Assembly (NCBI RefSeq): GCF_009914755.1
Contig: NC_060931.1
Length of the DNA stretch: 64,000 nucleotides
Source: the human T2T-CHM13v2.0 reference genome, Homo sapiens
Strand: one strand, 5' to 3'
Positions 47,701 through 59,700 of this stretch are shown here, piece by piece. The translations under genes and the position numbers were made by a program. Below the pieces are notes generated by a model. That model ran no database searches, was not told the origin of the DNA, and was given only the letters and a program-made list of their open reading frames with translations. How positions within the stretch are numbered: position 1 is the stretch's first letter; every line of letters begins with the position of its first letter.

Positions 47701-50700
47701 CCAGCTCTCGCCTCACGGCGGCCTCCCGGGACCAAGTCCCTGCCTGCCTCCCAGCAGCCTGTGTGCGGCCCAGCTCCTCCGTCATGGTGGCCTGTTGAGG
47801 CCCAACTCATGCCTCTGGCACCCTTTCCAGAGGCGTGAGCCCCTGCCTCACATTGGCCTCTCTCACGCTGAGGGAGGTCACCGTGAGCCCCTGCCTCACA
47901 CTGGCCTCTGTCACGCTGAGGGAGGTCAGCGTGGGCCCCTGCCTCACACTGGCCTCTCTCACGCTGAGGGAGGTCAGCGTGGGCCCCTGCCTCAAACTGG
48001 CCTCTCTCACGCTGAGGGAGGTCAGCGTGAGGCCCTGCCTCACACTGGCCTCTCTCACGCTGAGGGAGGTCAGCGTGAGGCCCTGCCTCACACTGGCCTC
48101 TCTCACGCTGAGAGAAGTCCTCCCTCACGCTGGCCTGTTGAGGCCCAGTTCATGCCTCTGTTGGCTTCTCCAGGCCCAGCCCCTGCCTGTTGGCGGACTC
48201 TACCTCAACAGTGGGCCCTCCACGCCCACCTCTTGCCTCGCCTTGGCCTCCTCGGGCCAGGCTCCCGCCTTGGGGCGGTCCCCGCAGGCCCAGCTCCTGC
48301 CTCACGGCCCTCCGGAGGCCAAGCTCATGCGTCAGGGCGGCCTCTCCCGGCCTGGCGTTTGCTCCTTTGCATGGGCTCCAAATCCTGCACTTCCTCCAGT
48401 CGTTCTCTCCAGGCCCAGCTCTTCCTCCCAGCAGCCTCTGCAGGACCAGACTGTCGTCAAGTAGGCCTGTCCAGGGACAGCTCCTGCCTCCCGGCAGACT
48501 CTGCAGGCCCAAGTCGTCCTCAAGTCAGCCTCCCCAGGCCCAGCTCCGGCCTCTCGGCGGCCTCTCCAGGTGCAAAAGTTCCTCGAGTCCGTCTCCAGGT
48601 CCAGCTCCTCCTGTCTCCCAGTGGCCTCTTTCAGCCCAGCCCAGCTCATGCCTCCCGGCGGCCTTCCCAGGCCCCGCTTCTGACTTTCCGCGGCCTCTGC
48701 AGGCCCCAAACTTGACCTCCAGTCAGCCTCTGCAGGCCTGGCCTCCTGCCTCCCGAAAGCTTGCACAGGCCCAGCCTCTGCCTCACAGCGGACTCTCCAC
48801 GCCCAGCTCGCTCTCGCCTGCGGCCTCCCGAGTCCAAAGCTCCGGCCTCTCCGCTGCTTCGGCAGGCCCAGCTCCCGCCTGCCAGTGGCCTCCTCAGGCC
48901 CATGGGGCTCATTCCTCACAACGGCCTTTCCCGGCCCAGTTTTTCCCTTCCGGCGGCCTCTCTGGGCCCAGAAGCTCCTCAAGTCGGCCTCTCCAGACCC
49001 ACTTGCAGCCTCCCGGCGTCCTCTCCGGGCCCAGCTCTTCCTCCCGGCTGCATCTGCAGGCCCGGCTCCTGCCTCCCAACAACCTCTGTGGACTCAGTGC
49101 CTGCCCAGCTCCTGGTGGCCTTGGTCGGCCCACAGCTTCCTCAAGCCAAGCTCCCCAGGCCCAGCTCAGGCCTCACGGTGGCCTCTCCAGGCTCAGCTCC
49201 TGCCCTCCGACGGCGTCTCCAGGCCCCAAACGGCCTCCGGTCGGTGGGCTTCTCCAGGCCCAGCTTGGGCCTCCCGGCGGCCTCTGCAGGCCCAAGTGGT
49301 CCTGAAGTCAGCCTCTCCAGGCCCAGCTCCGGCCTCCCAGCAAGCAAGCTCTTTTGGCTCAGCTCCTGCCCAGCTCCCGCCGGCTTTTGTAGACCCTGAA
49401 CTTTCTCCAGCGAAGCTCCTCAGTCCCACCTCCTGCCTCCCGGTGGCCTGTACAGGCCCAGGTCTGGCTGGAGAACAGCCTCTGCAGGCCCCGCTCTTGC
49501 CTCCCAGGGGCGTCTCCAGGCCCAGCTCTCGCCTCACGGCGGCCTCCCGGGACCAAGTCCCTGCCTGCCTCCCAGCAGCCTGTGTGCGGCCCAGCTCCTC
49601 CGTCACGGTGGCCTGTTGAGGCCCAACTCATGACTCTGGCACCCTTTCCAGAGGCGTGAGCCCCTGCCTCACATTGGCCTCTCTCACGCTGAGGGAGGTC
49701 AGCGTGAGGCCCTGCCTCACACTGGCCTCTCTCACGCTGAGGGAGGTCAGCGTGAGCCCCTGCCTCACACTGGCCTCTCTCACGCTGAGGGAGGTCAGCG
49801 TGAGCCCCTGCCTCAAACTGGCATCTCTCACGCTGAGAGAGGTCAGCGTGAGGCCCTGCCTCACACTGGCCTCTCTCACGCTGAGGGAGGTCAGCGTGAG
49901 GCCCTGCCTCACACTGGCCTCTCTCACGCTGAGAGAAGTCCTCCCTCACGCTGGCCTGTTGAGGCCCAGTTCATGCCTCTGTTGGCTTCTCCAGGCCCAG
50001 CCCCTCCCTCTTGGCGGCCTCTACCTCAACAGTGGGCCCTCCTCGCCCACCTCTTGCCTCGCCGTGGCCTCCTCGGGCCAGGCTCCCGCCTTGGGGCGGC
50101 CCCCGCAGGCCCAGCTCCTGCCTCACGGCCCTCCGGAGGCCAAGCTCATGCGTCAGGGCGGCCTCTCCCGGCCTGGCGTTTGCTCCTTTGCATGGGCTCC
50201 AAATCCTGCACTTCCTCCAGTCGTTCTCTCCAGGCCCAGCTCTTCCTCCCAGCAGCCTCTGCAGGACCAGACTGTCGTCACGTAGGCCTGTCCAGGGACA
50301 GCTCCTGCCTCCCGGCAGACTCTGCAGGCCCAAGTCGTCCTCAAGTCAGCCTCCCCAGGCCCAGCTCCGGCCTCTCGGCGGCCTCTCCAGGTGCAAAAGT
50401 TCCTCGAGTCCGTCTCTCCAGGTCCAGCTCCTCCTGTCTCCCAGTGTCCTCTTTCAGCCCAGCCCAGCTCAAGCCTCCCGGCGGCCTTCCCAGGCCCCGC
50501 TTCTGACTTTCCGCGGCCTCTGCAGGCCCCGAACTTGACCTCCAGTCGACCTCTGCAGGCCTGGCCTCCTGCCTCCCGAAAGCTTGCACAGGCCCAGCCT
50601 CTGCCTCACAGCGGACTCTCCACGCCCAGCTCGCTCTCGCCTGCGGCCTCCCGAGTCCAAAGCTCCGGCCTCTCCGCCGCTTCGGCAGGCCCAGCTCCCG

Positions 50701-53700
50701 CCTGCCAGTGGCCTCTTCAGGCCCATGGGGCTCATTCCTCACAACGGCCTTTCCCGGCCCATTTTTTCCCTTCCGGCGGCCTCTCCGGACCCAGAAGCTC
50801 CTCAAGTCGGCCTCTGCAGACCCACTTGCAGCCTCCCGGCGTCCTCTCCGGGCCCAGCTCTTCCTCCCGGCTGCGTCTGCAGGCCCGACTCCTGCCTCCC
50901 AACAACCTCTTTGGACTCAGTGCCTGCCCAGCTCCTGGTGGCCTTGGTCGGCCCACAGCTTCCTCAAGCCAAGCTCCCCAGGCCCAGCTCAGGCCTCACG
51001 GTGGCCTCTCCAGGCTCAGCTCCTGCCCTCCGACGGCGTCTCCAGGCCCCAAACGGCCTCCGGTCGGTGGGCTTCTCCAGGCCCAGCTTGGGCCTCCCGG
51101 CGGCCTCTGCAGGCCCAAGTGGTCCTGAAGGCCGCCTCTCCAGGCCCAGCTCCAGCCTCCCAGCAAGCAAGCTCTTTTGGCTCAGCTCCTGCCCAGCTCC
51201 CGCCGGCTTTTGTAGACCCTGAACTTTCTCCAGCGAAGCTCCTCAGTTCCACCTCCTGCCTCCCGGTGGCCTGTACAGGCCCAGGTCTGGCTGGAGAACA
51301 GCCTCTGCAGGCCCCGCTCTTGCCTCCCAGGGGCGTCTCCAGGCCCAGCTCTCGCCTCACGGCGGCCTCCCGGGACCAAGTCCCTGCCTGCCTCCCAGCA
51401 GCCTGTGTGCGGCCCAGCTCCTCCGTCACGGTGGCCTGTTGAGGCCCAACTCATGCCTCTGGCACCCTTTCCAGAGGCGTGAGCCCCTGCCTCACATTGG
51501 CCTCTCTCACGCTGAGGGAGGTCAGCGTGAGCCCCTGCCTCACACTGGCCTCTCTCACGCTGAGGGAGGTCAGCGTGAGCCCCTGCCTCACACTGGCCTC
51601 TCTCACGCTGAGGGAGGTCAGCGTGGGCCCCTGCCTCAAACTGGCCTCTCTCACGCTGAGGTAGGTCAGCGTGTGGCCCTGCCTCACACTGGCCTCTCTC
51701 ATGCTGAGGGAGGTCAGCGTGAGGCCCTGCCTCACACTGGCCTCTCTCACGCTGAGAGAAGTCCTCCCTCACGCTGGCCTGTTGAGGCCCAGTTCATGCC
51801 TCTGTTGGCTTCTCCAGGCCCAGCCCCTGCCTGTTGGCGGCCTCTACCTCAACAGTGGGCCCTCCACGCCCACCTCTTGCCTCGCCGTGGCCTCCTCGGG
51901 CCAGGCTCCCGCCTTGGGGCGGCCCCCGCAGGCCCAGCTCCTGCCTCACGGCCCTCCGGAGGCCAAGCTCATGCGTCAGGGCGGCCTCTCCCGGCCTGGC
52001 GTTTGCTCCTTTGCATGGGCTCCAAATCCTGCACTTCCTCCAGTCGTTCTCTCCAGGCCCAGCTCTTCCTCCCAGCAGCCTCTGCAGGACCAGACTGTCG
52101 TCAAGTAGGCCTGTCCAGGGACAGCTCCTGCCTCCCGGCAGACTCTGCAGGCCCAAGTCGTCCTCAAGTCAGCCTCCCCAGGCCCAGCTCCGGTCTCTCG
52201 GCGGCCTCTCCAGGTGCAAAAGTTCCTCGAGTCCGTCTCTCCAGGTCCAGCTCCTCCTGTCTCCCAGTGGCCTCTTTCAGCCCAGCCCAGCTCATGCCTC
52301 CCGGCGGCCTTCCCAGGCCCCGCTTCTGACTTTCCGCGGCCTCTGCAGGCCCCGAACTTGACCTCCAGTCGGCCTCTGCAGGCCTGGCCTCCTGCCTCCC
52401 GAAAGCTTACACAGGCCCAGCCTCTGCCTCACAGCGGACTCTCCACGCCCAGCTCGCTCTCGCCTGCGGCCTCCCGAGTCCAAAGCTCCGGCCTCTCCGC
52501 CGCTTCGGCAGGCCCAGCTCCCGCCTGCCAGTGGCCTCCTCAGGCCCATGGGGCTCATTCCTCACAACGGCCTTTCCCGGCCCAGTTTTTCCCTTCCGGC
52601 GGCCTCTCCGGGCCCAGAAGCTCCTCAAGTCGGCCTCTCCAGACCCACTTGCAGCCTCCCGGCGTCCTCTCCGGGCCCAGCTCTTCCTCCCGGCTGCCTC
52701 TGCAGGCCCGGCTCCTGCCTCCCAACAACCTCTTTGGACTCAGTGCCTGCCCAGCTCGTGGTGGCCTTGGTCGGCCCACAGCTTCCTCAAGCCAAGCTCC
52801 CCACGCCCAGCTCAGGCCTCACGGTGGCCTCTCCAGGCTCAGCTCCTGCCCTCCGACGGCGTCTGCAGGCCCCAAACGGCCTCCGGTCGGTGGGCTTCTC
52901 CAGGCCCAGCTTGGGCCTCCCGGCGGCCTCTGCAGGCCCAAGTGGTCCTGAAGGCAGCCTCTCCAGGCCCAGCTCCGGCCTCCCAGCAAGCAAGCTCTTT
53001 TGGCTCAGCTCCTGCCCAGCTCCCGCCGGCTTTTGTAGACCCTGAACTTTCTCCAGCGAAGCTCCTCAGTTCCACCTCCTGCCTCCCGGTGGCCTGTACA
53101 GACCCAGGTCTGGCTGGAGAAGAGCCTCTGCAGGCCCCGCTCTTGCGTCCCAGGGGCGTCTCCAGGCCCAGCTCTCGCCTCACGGCGGCCTCCCGGGACC
53201 AAGTCCCTGCCTGCCTCCCAGCATCCTGTGTGCGGCCCAGCTCCTCCGTCACGGTGGCCTGTTGAGGCCCAACTCATGCCTCTGGCACCCTTTCCAGAGG
53301 CGTGAGCCCCTGCCTCACACTGGCCTCTCTCACGCTGAGGGAGGTCAGCGTGAGCCCCTGCCTCACACTGGCCTCTCTCACGCTGAGGGAGGTCAGCGTG
53401 AGGCCCTGCCTCACACTGGCCTCTCTCACGCTGAGGGAGGTCAGCGTGAGGCCCTGCCTCACACTGGCCTCTCTCACGCTGAGAGAAGTCCTCCCTCACG
53501 CTGGCCTGTTGAGGCCCAGTTCATGCCTCTGTTGGCTTCTCCAGGCCCAGCCCCTGCCTGTTGGCGGCCTCTACCTCAACAGTGGGCCCTCCACGCCCAC
53601 CTCTTGCCTCGCCTTGGCCTCCTCGGGCCAGGCTCCCGCCTTGGGGCGGCCCCCGCAGGCCCAGCTCCTGCCTCACGGCCCTCCGGAGGCCAAGCTCATG

Positions 53701-56700
53701 CGTCAGGGCGGCCTCTCCCGGCCTGGCGTTTGCTCCTTTGCATGGGCTCCAAATCCTGCACTTCCTCCAGTCGTTCTCTCCAGGCCCAGCTCTTCCTCCC
53801 AGCAGCCTCTGCAGGACCAGACTGTCGTCAAATAGGCCTGTCCAGGGACAGCTCCTGCCTCCCGGCAGACTCTGCAGGCCCAAGTCGTCCTCAAGTCAGC
53901 CTCCCCAGGCCCAGCTCCGGCCTCTCGGCGGCCTCTCCAGGTGCAAAAGTTCCTCGAGTCCGTCTCTCCAGGTCCAGCTCCTCCTGTCTCCCAGTGGCCT
54001 CTTTCAGCCCAGCCCAGCTCATGCCTCCCGGCGGCCTTCCCAGGCCCCGCTTCTGACTTTCCGCGGCCTCTGCAGGCCCCGAACTTGACCTCCAGTCGGC
54101 CTCTGCAGGCCTGGCCTCCTGCCTCCCGAAAGCTTGCACAGGCCCAGCCTCTGCCTCACAGCGGACTCTCCACGCCCAGCTCTCTCTCACCTGCGGCCTC
54201 CCGAGTCCAAAGCTCCGGCCTCTCCGCCGCTTCGGCAGGCCCAGCTCCCGCCTGCCAGTGGCCTCCTCAGGCCCATGGGGCTCATTCCTCACAACGGCCT
54301 TTCCCGGCCCAGTTTTTCCCTTCCGGCGGCCTCTCCGGGCCCAGAAGCTCCTCAAGTCGGCCTCTCCAGACCCACTTGCAGCCTCCCGGCGTCCTCTCCG
54401 GGCCCAGCTCTTCCTCCCGGCTGCGTCTGCAGGCCCGGCTCCTGCCTCCCAACAACCTCTTTGGACTCAGTGCCTGCCCAGCTCGTGGTGGCCTTGGTCG
54501 GCCCACAGCTTCCTCAAGCCAAGCTCCCCAAGCCCAGCTCAGGCCTCACGGTGGCCTCTCCAGGCTCAGCTCCTGCCCTCCGACTGCGTCTCCAGGCCCC
54601 AAACGGCCTCCGGTCGGTGGGCTTCTCCAGTCCCAGCTTGGGCCTCCCGGTGGCCTCTGCAGGCCCAAGTGGTCCTGAAGTCAGCCTCTCCAGGCCCAGC
54701 TCCGGCCTCCCAGCAAGCAAGCTCTTTTGGCTCAGCTCCTACCCAGCTCCCGCCGGCTTTTGTAGACCCTGAACTTTCTCCAGCGAAGCTCCTCAGTCCC
54801 ACCTCCTGCCTCCCGGTGGCCTGTACAGGCCCAGGTCTGGCTGGAGAACAGCCTCTGCAGGCCCCGCTCTTGCCTCCCAGGGGCGTCTCCAGGCCCAGCT
54901 CTCGCCTCACGGCGGCCTCCCGGGACCAAGTCCCTGCCTGCCTCCCAGCAGCCTGTGTGCGGCCCAGCTCCTCCATCACGGTGGCCTGTTGAGGTCCAAC
55001 TCATGCCTCTGGCACCCTTTCCAGAGGCGTGAGCCCCTGCCTCACATTGGCCTCTCTCACGCTGAGGGAGGTCAGCGTGAGGCCCTGCCTCACACTGGCC
55101 TCTCTCACGCTGAGGGAGGTCAGCGTGAGGCCCTGCCTCACACTGGCCTCTCTCACGCTGAGAGAAGTCCTCCCTCACGCTGGCCTGTTGAGGCCCAGTT
55201 CATGCCTCTGTTGGCTTCTCCAGGCCCAGCCCCTGCCTGTTTGCGGCCTCTACCTCAACAGTGGGCCCTCCACGCCCACCTCTTGCCTCGCCTTGGCCTC
55301 CTCGGGCCAGGCTCCCGCCTTGGGGCGGCCCCCGCAGGCCCAGCTCCTGCCTCACGGCCCTCCGGAGGCCAAGCTCATGCGTCAGGGCGGCCTCTCCCGG
55401 CCTGGCGTTTGCTCCTTTGCATGGGCTCCAAATCCTGCACTTCCTCCAGTCGTTCTCTCCAGGCCCAGCTCTTCCTCCCAGCAGCCTCTGCAGGACCAGA
55501 CTGTCGTCAAGTAGGCCTGTCCAGGGACAGCTCCTGCCTCCCGGCAGACTCTGCAGGCCCAAGTCGTCCTCAAGTCAGCCTCCCCAGGCCCAGCTCCGGC
55601 CTCTCGGCGGCCTCTCCAGGTGCAAAAGTTCCTCGAGTCCGTCTCTCCAGGTCCAGCTCCTCCTGTCTCCCAGTGGCCTCTTTCAGCCCAGCCCAGCTCA
55701 TGCCTCCCGGCGGCCTTCCCAGGCCCCGCTTCTGACTTTCCGCGGCCTCTGCAGGCCCCGAACTTGACCTCCAGTCGGCCTCTGCAGGCCTGGCCTCCTG
55801 CCTCCCGAAAGCTTGCACAGGCCCAGCCTCTGCCTCACAGCGGACTCTCCACGCCCAGCTCGCTCTCGCCTGCGGCCTCCCGAGTCCAAAGCTCCGGCCT
55901 CTCCGCCGCTTCGGCAGGCCCAGCTCCCGCCTGCCAGTGGCCTCCTCAGGCCCATGGGGCTCATTCCTCACAACGGCCTTTCCCGGCCCAGTTTTTCCCT
56001 TCCGGCGGCCTCTCCGGGCCCAGAAGCTCCTCAAGTCGGCCTCTCCAGACCCACTTGCAGCCTCCCGGCGTCCTCTCCGGGCCCAGCTCTTCCTCCCGGC
56101 TGCATCTGCAGGCCCGGCTCCTGCCTCCCAACAACTTCTTTGGACTCAGTGCCTGCCCAGCTCGTGGTGGCCTTGGTCGGCCCACAGCTTCCTCAAGCCA
56201 AGCTCCCCAGGCCCAGCTCAGGCCTCACGGTGGCCTCTCCAGGCTCAGCTCCTGCCCTCCGACGGCGTCTGCAGGCCCCAAACGGCCTCCGGTCGGTGGG
56301 CTTCTCCAGGCCCAGCTTGGGCCTCCCGGCGGCCTCTGCAGGCCCAAGTGGTCCTGAAGGCAGCCTCTCCAGGCCCAGCTCCGGCCTCCCAGCAAGCAAG
56401 CTCTTTTGGCTCAGCTCCTGCCCAGCTCCCGCCGGCTTTTGTAGACCCTGAACTTTCTCCAGCGAAGCTCCTCAGTCCCACCTCCTGCCTCCCGGTGGCC
56501 TGTACAGGCCCAGGTCTGGCTGGAGAACAGCCTCTGCAGGCCCCGTTCTTGCCTCCCAGGGGCGTCTCCAGGCCCAGCTCTCGCCTCACGGCGGCCTCCC
56601 AGGACCAAGTCCCTGCCTGCCTCCCAGCAGCCTGTGTGCGGCCCAGCTCCTCCGTCACGGTGGCCTGTTGAGGCCCAACTCATGCCTCTGGCACCCTTTC

Positions 56701-59700
56701 CAGAGGCGTGAGCCCCTGCCTCACACTGGCCTCTCTCACGCTGAGGGAGGTCAGCGTGAGGCCCTGCCTCACACTGGCCTCTGTCACGCTGAGGGAGGTC
56801 AGCGTGGGCCCCTGCCTCACACTGGCCTCTCTCACACTGAGGGAGGTCAGCGTGAGTCCCTGCCTCACACTGGCCTCTCTCACGCTGAGGGAGGTCAGCG
56901 TGAGGCCCTGCCTCACACTGGCCTCTCTCACGCTGAGGGAGGTCAGCGTGAGGCCCTGCCTCACACTGGCCTCTCTCACGCTGAGAGAAGTCCTCCCTCA
57001 CGCTGGCCTGTTGAGGCCCAGTTCATGCCTCTGTTGGCTTCTCCAGGCCCAGCCCCTGCCTGTTGGCGGCCTCTAGAGGCCCAGCCTCTTCCTCAACAGT
57101 GGGCCCTCCACGCCCACCTCTTGCCTCGCCGTGGCCTCCTCGGGCCAGGCTCCCGCCTTGGGGCGGCCCCCGCAGGCCCAGCTCCTGCCTCACGGCCCTC
57201 CGGAGGCCAAGCTCATGCGTCAGGGCGGCCTCTCCCGGCCTGGCGTTTGCTCCTTTGCATGGGCTCCAAATCCTGCACTTCCTCCAGTCGTTCTCTCCAG
57301 GCCCAGCTCTTCCTCCCAGCAGCCTCTGCAGGACCAGACTGTCGTCAAGTAGGCCTGTCCAGGGACAGCTCCTGCCTCCCGGCAGACTCTGCAGGCCCAA
57401 GTCGTCCTCAAGTCAGCCTCCCCAGGCCCAGCTCCGGCCTCTCGGCGGCCTCTCCAGGTGCAAAAGTTCCTCGAGTCCGTCTCTCCAGGTCCAGCTCTTC
57501 CTGTCTCCCAGTGGCCTCTTTCAGCCCAGCCCAGCTCATGCCTCCCGGCGGCCTTCCCAGGCCCCGCTTCTGACTTTCCGCGGCCTCTGCAGGCCCCGAA
57601 CTTGACCTGCAGTCGGCCTCTGCAGGCCTGGCCTCCTGCCTCCCAAAAGCTTGCACAGGCCCAGCCTCTGCCTCACAGCGGACCCTCCACGCCCAGCTCG
57701 CTCTCGCCTGCGGCCTCCCGAGTCCAAAGCTCCGGCCTCTCCGCCGCTTCGGCAGGCCCAGCTCCCGCCTGCCAGTGGCCTCCTCAGGCCCATGGGGCTC
57801 ATTCCTCACAACGGCCTTTCCCGGCCCAGTTTTTCCCTTCCGGCGGCCTCTCCGGGCCCAGAAGCTCCTCAAGTCGGCCTCTCCAGACCCACTTGCAGCC
57901 TCCCGGCGTCCTCTCCGGGCCCAGCTCTTCCTCCCGGCTGCATCTGCAGGCCCGGCTCCTGCCTCCCAACAACCTCTTTGGACTCAGTGCCTGCCCAGCT
58001 CCTGGTGGCCTTGGTCGGCCCACAGCTTCCTCAAGCCAAGCTCCCCAGGCCCAGCTCAGGCCTCACGGTGGCCTCTCCAGGCTCAGCTCCTGCCCTCCGA
58101 CGGCGTCTCCAGGCCCCAAACGGCCTCCGGTCGGTGGGCTTCTCCAGGCCCAGCTTGGGCCTCCCGGCGGCCTCTGCAGGCCCAAGTGGTCCTGAAGGCA
58201 GCCTCTCCAGGCCCAGCTCCGGCCTCCCAGCAAGCAAGCTCTTTTGGCTCAGCTCCTGCCCAGCTGCCGCCGGCTTTTGTAGACCCTGAACTTTCTCCAG
58301 CGAAGCTCCTCAGTCCCACCTCCTGCCTCCCGGTGGCCTGTACAGGCCCAGGTCTGGCTGGAGAACAGCCTCTGCAGGCCCCGCTCTTGCCTCCCAGGGG
58401 CGTCTCCAGGCCCAGCTCTCGCCTCACGGCGGCCTCCCGGGACCAAGTCCCTGCCTGCCTGCCAGCAGCCTGTGTGCGGCCCAGCTCCTCCGTCACGGTG
58501 GCCTGTTGAGGCCCAACTCATGCCTCTGGCACCCTTTCCAGAGGCGTGAGCCCCTGCCTCACACTGGCCTCTCTCACGCTGAGGGAGGTCAGCGTGAGCC
58601 CCTGCCTCACACTGGCCTCTCTCACGCTGAGGGAGGTCAGCGTGAGGCCCTGCCTCACACTGGCATCTGTCACGCTGCGGGAGGTCAGCGTGGGCCCCTG
58701 CCTCACACTGGCCTCTCTCACGCTGAGGGAGGTCAGCGTGAGGCCCTGCCTCACACTGGCCTCTCTCACGCTGAGGGAGGTCAGCGTGAGGCCCTGCCTC
58801 ACACTGGCCTCTCTCACGCTGAGGGAGGTCAGCGTGAGGCCCTGCCTCACACTGGCCTCTCTCACGCTGAGGGAGGTCAGCGTGAGGCCCTGCCTCACAC
58901 TGGCCTCTCTCACGCTGAGAGAAGTCCTCCCTCACGCTGGCCTGTTGAGGCCCAGTTCATGCCTCTGTTGGCTTCTCCAGGCCCAGCCCCTGCCTGTTGG
59001 CGGCCTCTAGAGGCCCAGCCTCTTCCTCGACAGTGGGCCCTCCACGCCCACCTCTTGCCTCGCCGTGGCCTCCTCGGGCCAGGCTCCCGCCTTGGGGCGG
59101 CCCCCGCAGGCCCAGCTCCTGCCTCACGGCCCTCCGGAGGCCAAGCTCATGCTTCAGGGCGGCCTCTCCCGGCCTGGCGTTTGCTCCTTTGCATGGGCTC
59201 CAGGTCCTGTACTTCCTCCAGTCGTTCTCTCCAGGCCCAGCTCTTCCTCCCAGCAGCCTCTGCAGGACCAGACTGTCGTCAAGTAGGCCTGTCCAGGGAC
59301 AGCTCCTGCCTCCCGGCAGCCTCTGTAGGCCCAGACTGTCATCAAGTAGGCCTGTCCAAGGACAGCTCCTGCCTCCCGGTGACCTCTGTAGGCCCAAGTC
59401 GTCCTCAAGTCGGCCTCCCCAGGCCCAGCTCCGGCCTCTCGGCGGCCTCTCCAAGTGCAAAAGTTCCTCGAGTCAGTCTCTCCAGGCCCAGGTCCTCCTG
59501 TCTCCCAGTGGCCTCTTTCGGCCCAGCCCAGTTCATGCCTCCTGGTGGCCTTCCCAGGCCCCACTTTTGACTTTCCGCAGCCTCTGCAGATTCCGAACTT
59601 GACCTCCAGTCGGCCTCTCCAGGCCCGGCCTCCTGTCTCCCGAAGGCCTGCACAGGGCCAGTCTCTTCCTCACAGTGGGCTCTCCACCCCCAGCTAGCTC

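Noticed and set aside
36991-58919. CRISPR-like appearance (palindromic repeat with regular spacing)
   Set aside because: The 'spacers' are identical rather than unique, there are no cas genes, and the DNA is primate.
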